Under the pieces are notes generated by a model. It was not told the DNA's origin. It worked only from the letters and a program-made list of their open reading frames with translations, and made no database searches. This document shows, one piece after another, positions 26,588 to 38,109 of a stretch of DNA of 64,000 nt. Source of the stretch: Paragordius varius (lineage: Eukaryota > Animalia > Nematomorpha); NCBI GenBank assembly GCA_964247055.1, contig OZ176056.1, forward strand, positions 8,742,001-8,806,000. The letters are read 5' to 3'. Positions within the stretch are counted from its first letter, which is position 1. Every line of letters begins with the position of its first letter. Made by a program: the position numbers and the translations under genes.

Positions 26588-27139
26588 TATATTACATATA
26601 TCTTTACTGTAAGCAAGACTCAAAATTGTAGTACTAACGAATAAGCGCATTACATAAAATCAAACTTTAAAAATTAAATCAAAATAAAATTTCCTAAATT
26701 TTAGCATTAATAAAGTCTGTGTTACCGTTAATCATCTATGATTGATAAAATAATCTTCTTAGGTATATAATCAAAAAACCTCGCACCAATTAAGATTGAT
26801 ATAGCCAATATTATTTATACCGTATAATTAATATGTTAGACGACACAGGTAATTGATTTTGTTTATTTTTTATGATACATTGTTATAACAAATGTTTTAA
26901 TATATAATTTTTGGCCAAAATTTAGACTTAGTTAATTATATTTGTTATTTAATTGAGACATTTAAAGTGGCAACTATTGATATAATTTATCCTCGTATTT
27001 GAATTTAAAAATAATTAAAATTTTGCCAAGGTGTAGCCTAATTTTTTTTATTATATATCCCTAATATTAGTGTAATATGTAGTTGATATGAAATATCTTT
27101 GCATGATTGTCTTTTTATCTTACATCAATCATATCATTA

Positions 27140-28258
27140 CACTAGACAACAAATTTTAACTTTTTTTAACGGCCATTCTTGTAAATTTAAAATTTATTTC
27201 ATTAAAGTACATAATTAGTATATCTGAAAAGAAAATTGGTCCTACATGAAAGAATTTTTTTATATTAGAGTTTATCGATAATTTTTGGCCCCGATTTAAC
27301 ATTAAACTCGAAATTTCATAAATTTAAAGTTTTAGATATGAAGCCATGTATTTTATATCATGAGCGCAAAAAACTGCATCTTTTAAATGGTAGTAAGTCA
27401 ATTAAATCCATCGGATGTAAAAGTTATTTGGATTTAAATGGTTAAAATTTTCAACCCTTAAATAAGTCAGGAATTTTCACAGACAAACTAATTTTTAAAT
27501 CATTTAAATTATTTTAATATTATTATTAGGGTTATATTAGTATTTAATTTAAAAAAAATGTTTGGAAAAGCTTTTGGTTTGCTTTTTTAATAAAAATTAT
27601 AATTATCATAAATATTTTACCTAGTGGATACTAAAATGCATAGTTATAACTGTAAATTTATTACATAATGGCTATAAAAGATCAAAAATACCTTAAACTT
27701 TGTTTTTATTTTTAAATTTTCGAAATTATCAGCCTTGTATAGAAAATAAATTAATATTGATGAGATGGTAATTTTTAAAAAACAAAAAACTTAAAAATGG
27801 CTGTTTTGAGTGACATAAAAGCAATAAAAAATGTTTTAATCAAAAAAAACTTTCTTGTGTTATCTTTTTTGGACATTCATCTCCATCTAAACAAAGTTTG
27901 AGCTATTTTCATCTATTAGTTTTAAAAATATTATAATTAAAAAAAATGCTCTCGCTTCGCGCGTTTGTCGCTCTTTGTGTCCAATATTAACTGTCGATGT
28001 AATACATATTAGTATACATTTTATAGAGTTTTTAATACTCTTTCGAATGATATATTACAAATGGGCATTACTTGTATACTTTCAAAGAAAAACATTTTTT
28101 AGTAAAATTTTGATAAAGAGGGCGCATAATCTAAAAAATCAAATTATACAAAATTCTTCCAACGAGTTATAATTTTTATTTCAGATTTACTGTTAAAATG
28201 ATATTAAATATCAAAAAATGCAAAAAACTCGAGTGGAGAAAAAATTTGTTGTCTAGTG
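27140..28258 (-). mobile_element. Non-autonomous CACTA...TAGTG DNA transposon, family B (Chapaev3/CMC-like)
   Basis: Perfect 18-bp TIR CACTAGACAACAAATTTT; TSD TTA (27137-27139 / 28259-28261); empty sites at ~25421 and ~29558. Confidence 0.9.
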
Positions 28259-30342
28259 TTATTATTGTATTAATCGCGTTTGGCTTTTATATTCGTGCGT
28301 CATTATTCGTGGATATATATAAATTCGGAAAATAAAAGACATATTCTTACAATTGTGACGCACATTCGTGTTTAAATTACAACTAATAAAATGTAGGTAT
28401 GTGTTTGTAAAAAAGTATAAATATTTTAAATAAATACACATTATCTTAATTTTACGTTATTCCGGAATACCCTAATTTAATTGATAACATAATGTGCAGT
28501 ACTAAAGGTCCTATAAATAATTATAAATAGGAACGCAACATCTGTCAAAATGATTTTACATAGGGGCTATATTGGCAATTTTCCGAGTTTAATAATTATC
28601 ACAAAACCATCAATAACTCCTAAGCAACAAAAAGCATATATTTTATATTTAAAATAAATTATAATTTGGATGGATCTCTATATGCATTATTTTTCAAATA
28701 GATTTTTTCCAGAGTAATTCAATCAATCAACTGTGGTTACAGTTTAAAATAGACATATTAAAAGAGTTTATATAAAGTATTGACATCAATTATTTTAAGG
28801 CTAAGCGTTGAAGTGCGTGCAGGATACAATAAGACTGAATCGTATTTATTTCTCGTGGGCCTTTATATTTCACCAAAAAAACGAGATTTAAACTATATTA
28901 ATAATAAATAAGTACATTCATATATATATATATATATATATATATTAATTTAGACTTAAATTTTATCAGGTGTCAAGGCTTTAACAATTAGCGGCCCATC
29001 GGTTTCTAATATATTACATATATCTTTACTGTAAGCAAGACTCAAAATTGTAGTACTAACGAATAAGCGCATTACATAAAATCAAACTTTAAAAATTAAA
29101 TCAAAATAAAATTTCCTAAATTTTAGCATTAATAAAGTTTGTATTACCGTTAATCATCTATGATTGATAAAATAATCTTCTTAGGTAATAATCAAAAAAC
29201 CTCGCACCAATTAAGATTGATATAGCCAATATTATTTATACCGTATAATTAATATGTAAGACGACACAGGTAATTGATTTTGTTTATTTGTTATGATACA
29301 TTGTTATAACAAATGTTTTAATATATAATTTTTGGCCAAAATTTAGACTTAGTTAATTATATTTGTTATTTAATTGAGACATTTAAAGTGGCAACTATTG
29401 ATATAATTTATCCTCGTATTTGAATATAAAAATAATTAAAATTTTGCCAAGGTGTAGCCTAATTTTTTTTATTATATATCCCTAATATTAGTGTAATATG
29501 TAGTTGATATGAAATAACTTTGCATGATTGTCTTTTTATCTTACATCAATCATATCATTATTATTGTATTAATCGCGTTTGGCTTTTATATTCGTGCGTC
29601 ATTATTCCTGGATATATATAAATTCGGAAAATAAAAGACATATTCTTACAATTGTGACGCACATTCGTGTTTAAATTACAACTAATAAAATGTAGGTATG
29701 TGTTTGTAAAAAAGTATAAATATTTTAAATAAATACACATTATCTTAATTTTACGTTATTCCGGAATACCCTAATTTAATTGATAACATAATGTGCAGTA
29801 CTAAAGGTCCTATAAATAATTATAAATAGGAACGCAACATCTGTCAAAATGATTTTACATAGGGGCTATATTGGCAATTTTCCGAGTTTAATAATTATCA
29901 CAAAACCATCAATAACTCCTAAGCAACAAAAAGCACATATTTTATATTTAAAATAAATTATAATTTGGATGGATCTCTATATGCATTATTTTTCATATAG
30001 ATTTTTTCCAGAGTAATTCAATCAATCAACTGTGGTTACAGTTTAAAATAGACATATTAAAAGAGTTTATATAAAGTATTGACATCAATTATTTTAAGGC
30101 TAAGCGTTGAAAGTGGGTGCAGGATACAATAAAAAGACTGAATCTTTATCTTTATCTGGCAAATAAATATCCTTCAAAAAACGAGATTAAATTGTATAAA
30201 TAATAAGTAAGCGCATTCATATATATATATATATATATCAGTTTAGACAAATTATATCAGATGTGAAGGTTTTAACACTTGGCGGCCAACTTAATATATA
30301 AATTTTTATTATCTATAATTAGAACACTTTTTATATTTAAAG

Positions 30343-30570
30343 AAATGTTAAAGTTAAAGATTTCCTGGGACCGAGTTACTCTTGATTTAACAAAACTACA
30401 AATAAAAGAAAACATGACATACCTCGTTTATAACTTTCATACTGATATCGTAGTTAATTTGACTTCTGCCGAGCTCGCATCCTATGAAATAGATATAAAC
30501 TATATTAAAGACAAGGACCTTCGTGTATGCATAGAAACAGTGGATGAATGTGCGACAATCTTTATTCCAA
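30343..30570 (+). CDS. FN3-like gene, exon A (76 codons, phase 1-1)
   Basis: TTTAAAG|AA ATG..CCA A|GTAAAG; MLKLKISWDRV..TYLVY..DKDLRVCIETVDECATIFIP. Confidence 0.7.
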
Positions 30571-30693
30571 GTAAAGTGGAATTATTTTAAGTTTTAAATA
30601 TATGTATTTAATATCTATTTATATCAGTAAAATAAAAGAGATATTTATATATTTTTTATATTTTTACAAGATTGAATATTATTTATTTTGCAG

Positions 30694-30918
30694 AAAAACC
30701 AGAAGCTGACGTAAAAATTAATGAAAACAATGATAAGCTGACGCTCGTTTGGAATCTAGAGGAAAATGTCGACTATTCAATATATGGAGATGAAAAATTA
30801 TTGGAATCAAGCATTAAATCACCATTTGTAATCAATAGCACACTCATTAACACGTTCAAAGAAGTTAAATTTGTTGCTCATAATAGCAGAGGACAAGCAA
30901 ATTTTACCATACCTCCAA
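30694..30918 (+). CDS. FN3-like gene, exon B (75 codons, phase 1-1)
   Basis: TTTTGCAG|AA AAA CCA..CCT CCA A|GTCTTT; KPEADVKI..KLTLVWN..DYSIY..VKFVAHNSRGQANFTIPP with FN3-type W, Y and VAxNxxG motifs. Confidence 0.8.
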
Positions 30919-30995
30919 GTCTTTGGAAAAATATTATTATGCTATAAAATAATTTTTATCCTTGTATTACAATATCATATCTTTATCTTTATTAG

Positions 30996-31244
30996 GACCC
31001 AAAATGGTATGGAATATCCGACATGAATTTGTTTCAAAAAATATAGTCATGTTAAATTGGTGTTCCGAATCCATTTTTCATATTTTATATCATGGTGAAG
31101 CATGCAATAAATTGGAAACCATACGAGAATCATTTTACTTTTACAATACCTCGTTTAAAAAGGGGGAAACTAAAAAAATTTGTATTCAAGCTTTACATCA
31201 CCAACGCGTGAGCCATTTAGCCAATTTCTCAATCCCGCATCCAG
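30996..31244 (+). CDS. FN3-like gene, exon C (83 codons, phase 1-1)
   Basis: TTTATTAG|GA CCC..CAT CCA G|GTAATA; PKMVWNIRHEFVSKNIVMLNWCS..KKICIQALHHQRVSHLANFSIPHP. Confidence 0.75.
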
Positions 31245-32576
31245 GTAATATTTAGATTGGTAGCCTAGAGGATTGCGATTTTTATATAATCTTCCTGGAT
31301 TTATCATGTGTCAATTTTTGGGAACTTTACGGGCTTTTCGGAACCATTTTTAAAATATATAATATTAAAAAACTAATGTAACATAAAATACAGCTGCACT
31401 AATTTTAAAGATTATGAAAGGCCTCGCAGAAGATCCCTAATTTTGTCGTGCATGCACGTCTAATAATATTATATTCTATCTATTTATTCCCGTTTAAATA
31501 ACCTTTGTTAATCAAATATCCACTATATAAGGCCAATTTTATTTACAAATACGTTTATTAAAAACTTAACATTAATACATATATACCTATTTCAGTTATA
31601 ATAAATAAAATATTAAAATTAGAAAGTAAGGTGACATTAAAATCCTAAATAATGTTTTGTAAAAAAGTAAAGTTGCCATTTCATTTTTTGCAAACCTTAT
31701 TAATTGGGATGAAATTGTTAGAAAATAATTAAAAGTAATATGGATGCAATCCTTGCTTAAACATAAATAATGTGTATGTCTATTTTTTCGTTTTTTTACT
31801 GGAAAGCGATTTCAAATAATATCCTTAAAACTTTATAATCTCGAGCTAAAGTTAACATATGCATTATGACCTAAAGATTTTTTAAGGATTAAACATATAT
31901 TCAAAATTGTAAAAATCAGCATTTAATTATATGTTTGATAAAAACATTTAAAATAACTTTGTTATACAAATTGACAATTGATAAGGTTAAGGATTAATAT
32001 TTACCTTTATATTTCATTTTATATGAATGTAAAGTAATCTTTGACTGATTGTTAGATCTAAATAAAAATAAATAGTTCATTTTAACAGTAAAATAATACT
32101 AAGAGAGATCGCTAAAGGCAGCCGGTTTTCTACTGTTATGTAAAGGACAAGAGTTACGCATAAAACGGCTTTAATCAGGTACATAGAATGGAAACTCTTA
32201 AAAAGATGGTCACTACACCAAGGCTAACTTTATGATAGTTATGATTGGCCTTTATTGAATCGGGCTAAACTTTTTTTAGAAATTGATAGAAACCACATTT
32301 ATTTATAATGAAATACAAAGACAAATATTGTTATTACACTATGTTTAATGACTTACGAAAGTAATCAACGTAAAATACTATAAAATATTTTAATTAGTGT
32401 TTTTAATGATTAAAATAAAAATATTCATATTTAAAAAATAATCTTGACTAACTTAAAATCCAAATGAAATTTATTTATCAAACTGAATATATTGTGTACA
32501 AATAATACAACTAAAAAAATTTATATACAGTAAAAAACTCTAAGACACATTTTATAATCAATATCACAGTCATAAT

Positions 32577-32825
32577 CAAGCAGTCCAACACAAATGGCTT
32601 ATTCTAATCCACATTATTAGCTAAAATTTGGCGGGCCGCATTTGATATATGGGCATTCATTAGTTGATTAGATTTAGATCATAAGACTGCAAAATGAAAA
32701 ATAAGATTAACAATCTTTTCTTGGTCTTGTTAATTGTATGAATCAAATTTAATAAGATACAGCATGTTTTGACAAATAATGGATTTCATAGTTTTCGAGG
32801 CCACTCACAAATTCTCGCACCCCTG
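32577..32825. mobile_element. Small hAT-derived MITE
   Basis: Left CAAGCAGTCCAACACAAATGGCTT matches the reverse complement of the 11919-11942 end; internal GCGGGCCGCA; right end GCACCCCTG|ATCTA. Confidence 0.5.
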
Positions 32826-33248
32826 ATCTAAACCATATGCAACAGCACTAACAGCCTTATATTCATGGATTCTCGACTTATTTTCTGTCCCACGTAAACC
32901 TTATGGCCTCTGCCTTTTTATCGGGTAGGCAGCAGGCCCCTCAGTATCAAGTTTGTGTTTCTAGTGGTTGAGTTTTTGTTATATCCAAAGTTTCTTTTCT
33001 ACTGATAATGTCTTTATTATTAGAGCCATGAGATACTATTATTATTTACTAGACAGTTATCAATGTTTGACTAAAAACAAATTTGTTAAAACATTTAGCT
33101 TAAATAAATTAAAAATTTTTTTTTCGTTTTTATAATAATAATCTAATTAAAACGATTAGAAACAATTCGCTCACAGATCTAAAATATCCTATTTGGAAAT
33201 TATTAAAGTAAAACCCTGACATCAATATATTTTTACTAATCTTAAAAG

Positions 33249-33494
33249 ATTACATTGAACCAACTCTGGAAAACAATATCATAACAGTACCTTTTGCCCA
33301 TGCTATCCTACCTAACCAATCGTATAATTTAATTGTTATTCAAAATGGTGATGTTGTTAAAGAAGGGGTCGCAGATTTGCCTAATATTACACATGAACTA
33401 AAGGATACAGATGATGGTGTTTTAAAATTTTGCATTAAACCTGTTTCAAGTTTATCCGACAACGATGAAATTTGTTCCACATATAAAATTCCTG
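33249..33494 (+). CDS. FN3-like gene, exon D (82 codons, phase 1-1); not in the ORF track
   Basis: CTTAAAAG|AT TAC ATT..ATT CCT G|GTATCT; YIEPTLENNIITVPFAHAILPNQSYNLIVIQNGDVVKEGVADLPNITHELKDTDDGVLKFCIKPVSSLSDNDEICSTYKIP. Confidence 0.7.
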
Positions 33495-33584
33495 GTATCT
33501 AATTAATTTCTAAAGATAATTTACATTATTTGAAATTATATAATCTATTATCAAAAAATGAATGAATAACATATCGGTTTCTAG

Positions 33585-33806
33585 TAATGCCAAAAGCCAC
33601 AATTAAATATACCGAAGATAAAAGTGGAATAAAACTTGTCTGGGATTATAATCCTAATATTAATTATTATTTACGGAATAAGAGACTGCGGACAGTAAAT
33701 AGAAACATCAAATCAGGTTATATAATTGACCCGACCATAGGTAAGGACGAATTGATATTCGTGGCAGAGAACGAAAGAGGGAGAGCAGAATTCACCATAC
33801 CACCAC
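33585..33806 (+). CDS. FN3-like gene, exon E (74 codons, phase 1-1), paralogous to exon B
   Basis: TTTCTAG|TA ATG CCA..CCA CCA C|GTATTT; MPKATIKYTEDKSGIKLVWDY..NYYL..ELIFVAENERGRAEFTIPP. Confidence 0.8.
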
Positions 33807-33964
33807 GTATTTACTTTCTTTATTTTAATTACAATATAAATTTGTGTTGGCCAATTGGTAGAGAACATTAATGAATTATTAAAAATTTGGCTTTTTTAAG
33901 AATAATCAATATTTTAGTATATGTATGGAAAATGGTTTTGTGGGTTTTTATCTTTAATAATTTA

Positions 33965-36912
33965 AAAAATAGTAAAATGGGTATTTTAAGATTAGTTATA
34001 ATTCATAATTAATGTAAATTAATATTATTCAACATGATAAATACCTGTATTAATCGAAATTGGTATTATTATTTTATATAGTTGTCATTACTTAAAACAC
34101 AGGTTAATATATATTTGTGAAAATTTAAGTAGATTTTAGATTGTTTTTGTTTTTATGTTTTTCATTGTCAATTTTTAAGTATTCAGATATTTTAATCAGG
34201 TAAAAATTGCGGTTTTTATAAATTTAATCAAATTTAATTTTTTTGTTTTTTTATTTAACATTGTTAATTGTAATTAATAACCACATATTTTGGACATTTT
34301 AATAAATACAGGGTAAAATTGCGGTTAAATATATTTAGTAAAAATTGAATTTTTTTTGTTTTGGTTTTTAATATATTTAGTATTAATTTTTTTTGTTTTT
34401 TTTATTTAACTTTGTTAATTGTAATTAATTACTACATATTGTACTTTTTAATAAATTCATGTAAAAATGGCGGTTTTTAGCAAATTTCGAATTTAACATT
34501 TTTTGTATTATGATTTGCGGTTTTGTAAATTTTTAGGAAAATTATTTTTTTTGTTTTACATTGATAACTAATATATTAAATATAATTAACATATCTGAGC
34601 ATACAGATAAAAATGCATGTTGGGGTTTTAGGTTTGACATTTTATTTTCAAAATCCAACTATGTATATTTTCACAAACACCTTATGTCACCCAAGATTGA
34701 AAACAAGATCAATAAAACATCTTTTAAAGTATCTAATATGGCCAAATATAAATAAATTTATTTAAATTATAGATGTATAATTATACAATATATTCATAAT
34801 ATTATGTTTGAAATTAGCATTCTTCTTATTGATATTAATACAGGTATTTTGCTTCTTATATTGATATACGATGCGGTGTGCGTTCATGATCATATCTTAG
34901 ATTGAAGAATATCATGAGATGTCAAAAAATAATTAAATGCAGATAATCCTGAAAATTTTAATCACCATCATTTCTGGGTAGATTAACCAAAATATAAGAT
35001 AGAAAGGTATTTATTAATATATTAGAAAATTGATACCTGGATTCTTGAAGTATTTTCAAAAGGGGGGCTATAACATTTAAAGTATGAAAGGGAACTAAAT
35101 AAGGTTGACTTGGCTTTTCAATAACTAAATTTGCAAAAAAATATTTTCTTCATGACAAAAAATTCAAAGATGATACTTTATGTTTTTGCGTTTTCGTTCT
35201 ATTATCCTAAACTATACATATATTTCACCAATGACGTCAAATAGAGAATAGAAACAAATATTTTTTTTAAAAACTTTGAATGCAACAGACTCCAAAAACT
35301 AAGCAGGCAACACTAACATTGTTTGCTTTGGTGAAGAATATTTTTTCATATTTATAGATTAGGATAGTAAAACGAAAACGCAAGTCATAAAGTATCATTT
35401 TTGAATTTTTTATCATGAAGAAAATATTTTTTTGCAAATTTAGTTGTTAAAAAGCCAAGTCAACCTTATTTAGTTCCCTTTCAAACTTTGAATGTTTTAG
35501 CCCCCCTTTTGAAAATACTTCTAGAATCCAGGTATCAATTTTCTAATATATTAATAAATACCTTTCTATCTTATATTTTAGTTAATCTACCCAGAGGTGA
35601 TTAAATTTTTCAGGATTATCTGCATTTAATTATTTTTTGACATCTCATGATATTCTTCAATCTAAGATATGATCATGAACGCACACCGCATCGTATATCA
35701 ATATAAGAAGCAAAATACCTGTATTAATATCAATAAGAAGAATGCTAATTTCAAACTAATATTATGAATATATTGTATAATTATACATTTATAATTTAAA
35801 TAAATTTATTTATATTTGGCCATATTAGATACTTTAAAAGATGTTTTATTGATCTTGTTTTCAATCTTGGGTGACATAAGGTGTTTGTGAAAATATACAT
35901 AGTTGGATTTTGAAGATAAAATGTCAAACCTTAAACCCCAACATGCATTTTTATCTGTATGCTCAGATATGTTAATAAAATTTAATATATTAGTTATCAA
36001 TGTAAAACAAAAAAAATAATTTTCCTAAAAATTTAAAAAACCGCAAATCATATTAATTTTTACATGTGTATATCAATGTATCGAAAATATATAGTAATTA
36101 ATAATATAACAATGATACAAAATATTAATAAATGTTTCTTAAATTTGTTAAAAACCGCCATTTTTACCTGTATTTATTAAATATCCAAAATTATTACAAA
36201 ACAATGCAAAACATAAAAAACAAATAAAATTTTTACTATATGTTAAAAACCGCAATTTTTACCCGTATTCATTAAAATGTCTAAAACATGTAGTAATCAA
36301 TTACAATTAATATGTTAAATAAAAAAACAAAAAAAATAAATTTTAACTAAATTTATTAAAACGCAATTCTAACCTGTATTTATTAAAATGTCCAAAATAT
36401 GTAGTAATTAATTACAATTAACAATGCAATTCCTAAAAAACAAAAAAATCAATTTTTACTAAATATATTAAAAACCGCATTTACCTGTATTTATTAAAAT
36501 GTCCATAATAGGTAATAATTAATTACAATTAACAATGTTAAATAAAAAAAACAAAAAAAAATTTGACTAAATTTATTAAAATGTTCAAAATATGTAAAAA
36601 TTAATTAAAATTAACAATGTTAAATAAAAAAACAAAAAAATTAAATTTGACTAAATTTTTTGAAAAAACCGTAATTTTTACCTGATTAAAATGTTTGAAT
36701 ACTAAAAATTGACAGTGATAAATATAAAAACAAAAACAATCTAATACTTAAATATTCACATTTATCAATGTTTTATTATTAGTAATAATTATATAAAATA
36801 ATTTTACCAATTTCGATTAATACAAGTATTTATCATGTTAAAAAATATTAATTATTAAATTTCATTATGAATTAACATAATAGTCTTAAAATACCCATTT
36901 TACTATTTATTA
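33965..36912. mobile_element. Foldback-like giant inverted repeat, copy 2
   Basis: Arms ~33965-35225 and ~35335-36912; same central spacer, same GGGGGCTA..TAGCCCCC inner block and same ~115-bp arrays as 16131-19686, with different unit numbers. Confidence 0.85.
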
Positions 36913-37399
36913 ATTAGTAATAACAACTATATAAAATAATTTTACCAATTTCGATTTTTGATATGGATTTTTTCAAAAGTAAATAGTTGGCCTATTTTTA
37001 AAATTTTTATTGAAGCATAAATTTAAATTAAGGCCGTTTCATTCAATAGTTTTTTTTTGAAATATTAATTTAAATATAGTCTGGGCTTTTAAGATACCCA
37101 ATTTAAATCAAAGTAAGCGCTACGTAAAGAATGTCCGAACTTAAACTGGAAACTAAAAAATATATGAATGCTTAAAATCAGTTTTTTGTGTTAATTTTCA
37201 CTCACGAATTCATACAAATCTGAAAGATAAATTTTTTTTCAACGATACAAAAATTAGTAAAATTGCATTATGGAACAAAACCAATTTTTTGGAAATTAAT
37301 ATTTCTCAAGTATTAACATAAATTGCTCATATTTAAACGTCATTTGTATAGATTGTTATTATAATATATTTTATTGTCTTTTAGATAATCCTTTTTATG

Positions 37400-37700
37400 C
37401 TAATGGTATGTTCATTTCAATAATTTTCTACAGTATTTTTTTATTAATTATTGCCAGATAGCAGTATGTATATGCTATCTGTCAACATTAAATTTATTGA
37501 ATTTCAACATTTCCCATTTTTGCATTAACACCATTATTGTAAGTTAATGAATATAATTTGGAGTTTGATTTATAAATTATTTTAATTACCGCCAATTGTA
37601 AAGTTGGTTGTCAGGCCAAATATTTATCTAACCTGTTAATAAATTTTGCAAATATATATTTAGACTCCAATGCATAGCAATTTGATAAATGACTTTTTTC
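37400..37700 (-). pseudogene. Decayed CR1-like LINE RT fragment
   Basis: WPDNQLYN (like FADDTKLY) followed by QKWEMLKFNKFNV (like W.M.FN..KC). Confidence 0.35.
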
Positions 37701-38109
37701 ACTCCAAATAATTAAATTTTGATTAAAGTCTAATTATCTTTAAAATACTAAATTATATATAATATTTTTAATTATATCGATCTGATGGATAATTTTATAT
37801 ATTACTGAGACAATCATTCAAAAAATGCGCGTTATTACCTTTATAATATTTTTCTTATAATTTTTCTATTTATTGTTTTATTATTACATATTCCGAATCA
37901 TAATTCTAATTCCTCAGTTGTAAAGATGCGTATTTTATTTCATTTTTATTTATTGATATAATTTATGTATTTTTTTTATTTTTTGGTTCAAATTTTTTGA
38001 TTTTTTTTTGGTTGCATTTACATATTAGTTCCTATATATTTAAGTTTTTATTTTTATCTATTATTATTCTTCTATATTGTATTTTTGTTTTTTATGGGTG
38101 TTATTTGTA

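Larger units (their letters stand above)
24035..30290. repeat. Tandem array of a ~1.3-kb unit (3 full copies plus a partial one), lengthened by insertions
   Basis: Anchor TAATAATTATCACAAAACC at 24051, 25749, 28590, 29889 (periods 1698, 2841, 1299). The differences match the ~0.4-kb M2 MITE and the 1.12-kb family B insertion. (TA)n of variable length in each unit. Confidence 0.95.

Noticed and set aside
26425-26616. ORF with NNSNSPL repeats
   Set aside because: Translation of the 21-bp MITE repeat; non-ATG start, no splice context.
30279-31255. Three separate small ORFs as listed in the track
   Set aside because: Their non-ATG starts and tails are intron sequence; splice sites join them into one frame.
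34561-36000. Pair of near-identical 64-aa ORFs on opposite strands
   Set aside because: By-product of the foldback arms; TTG starts; frame broken in foldback copy 1.
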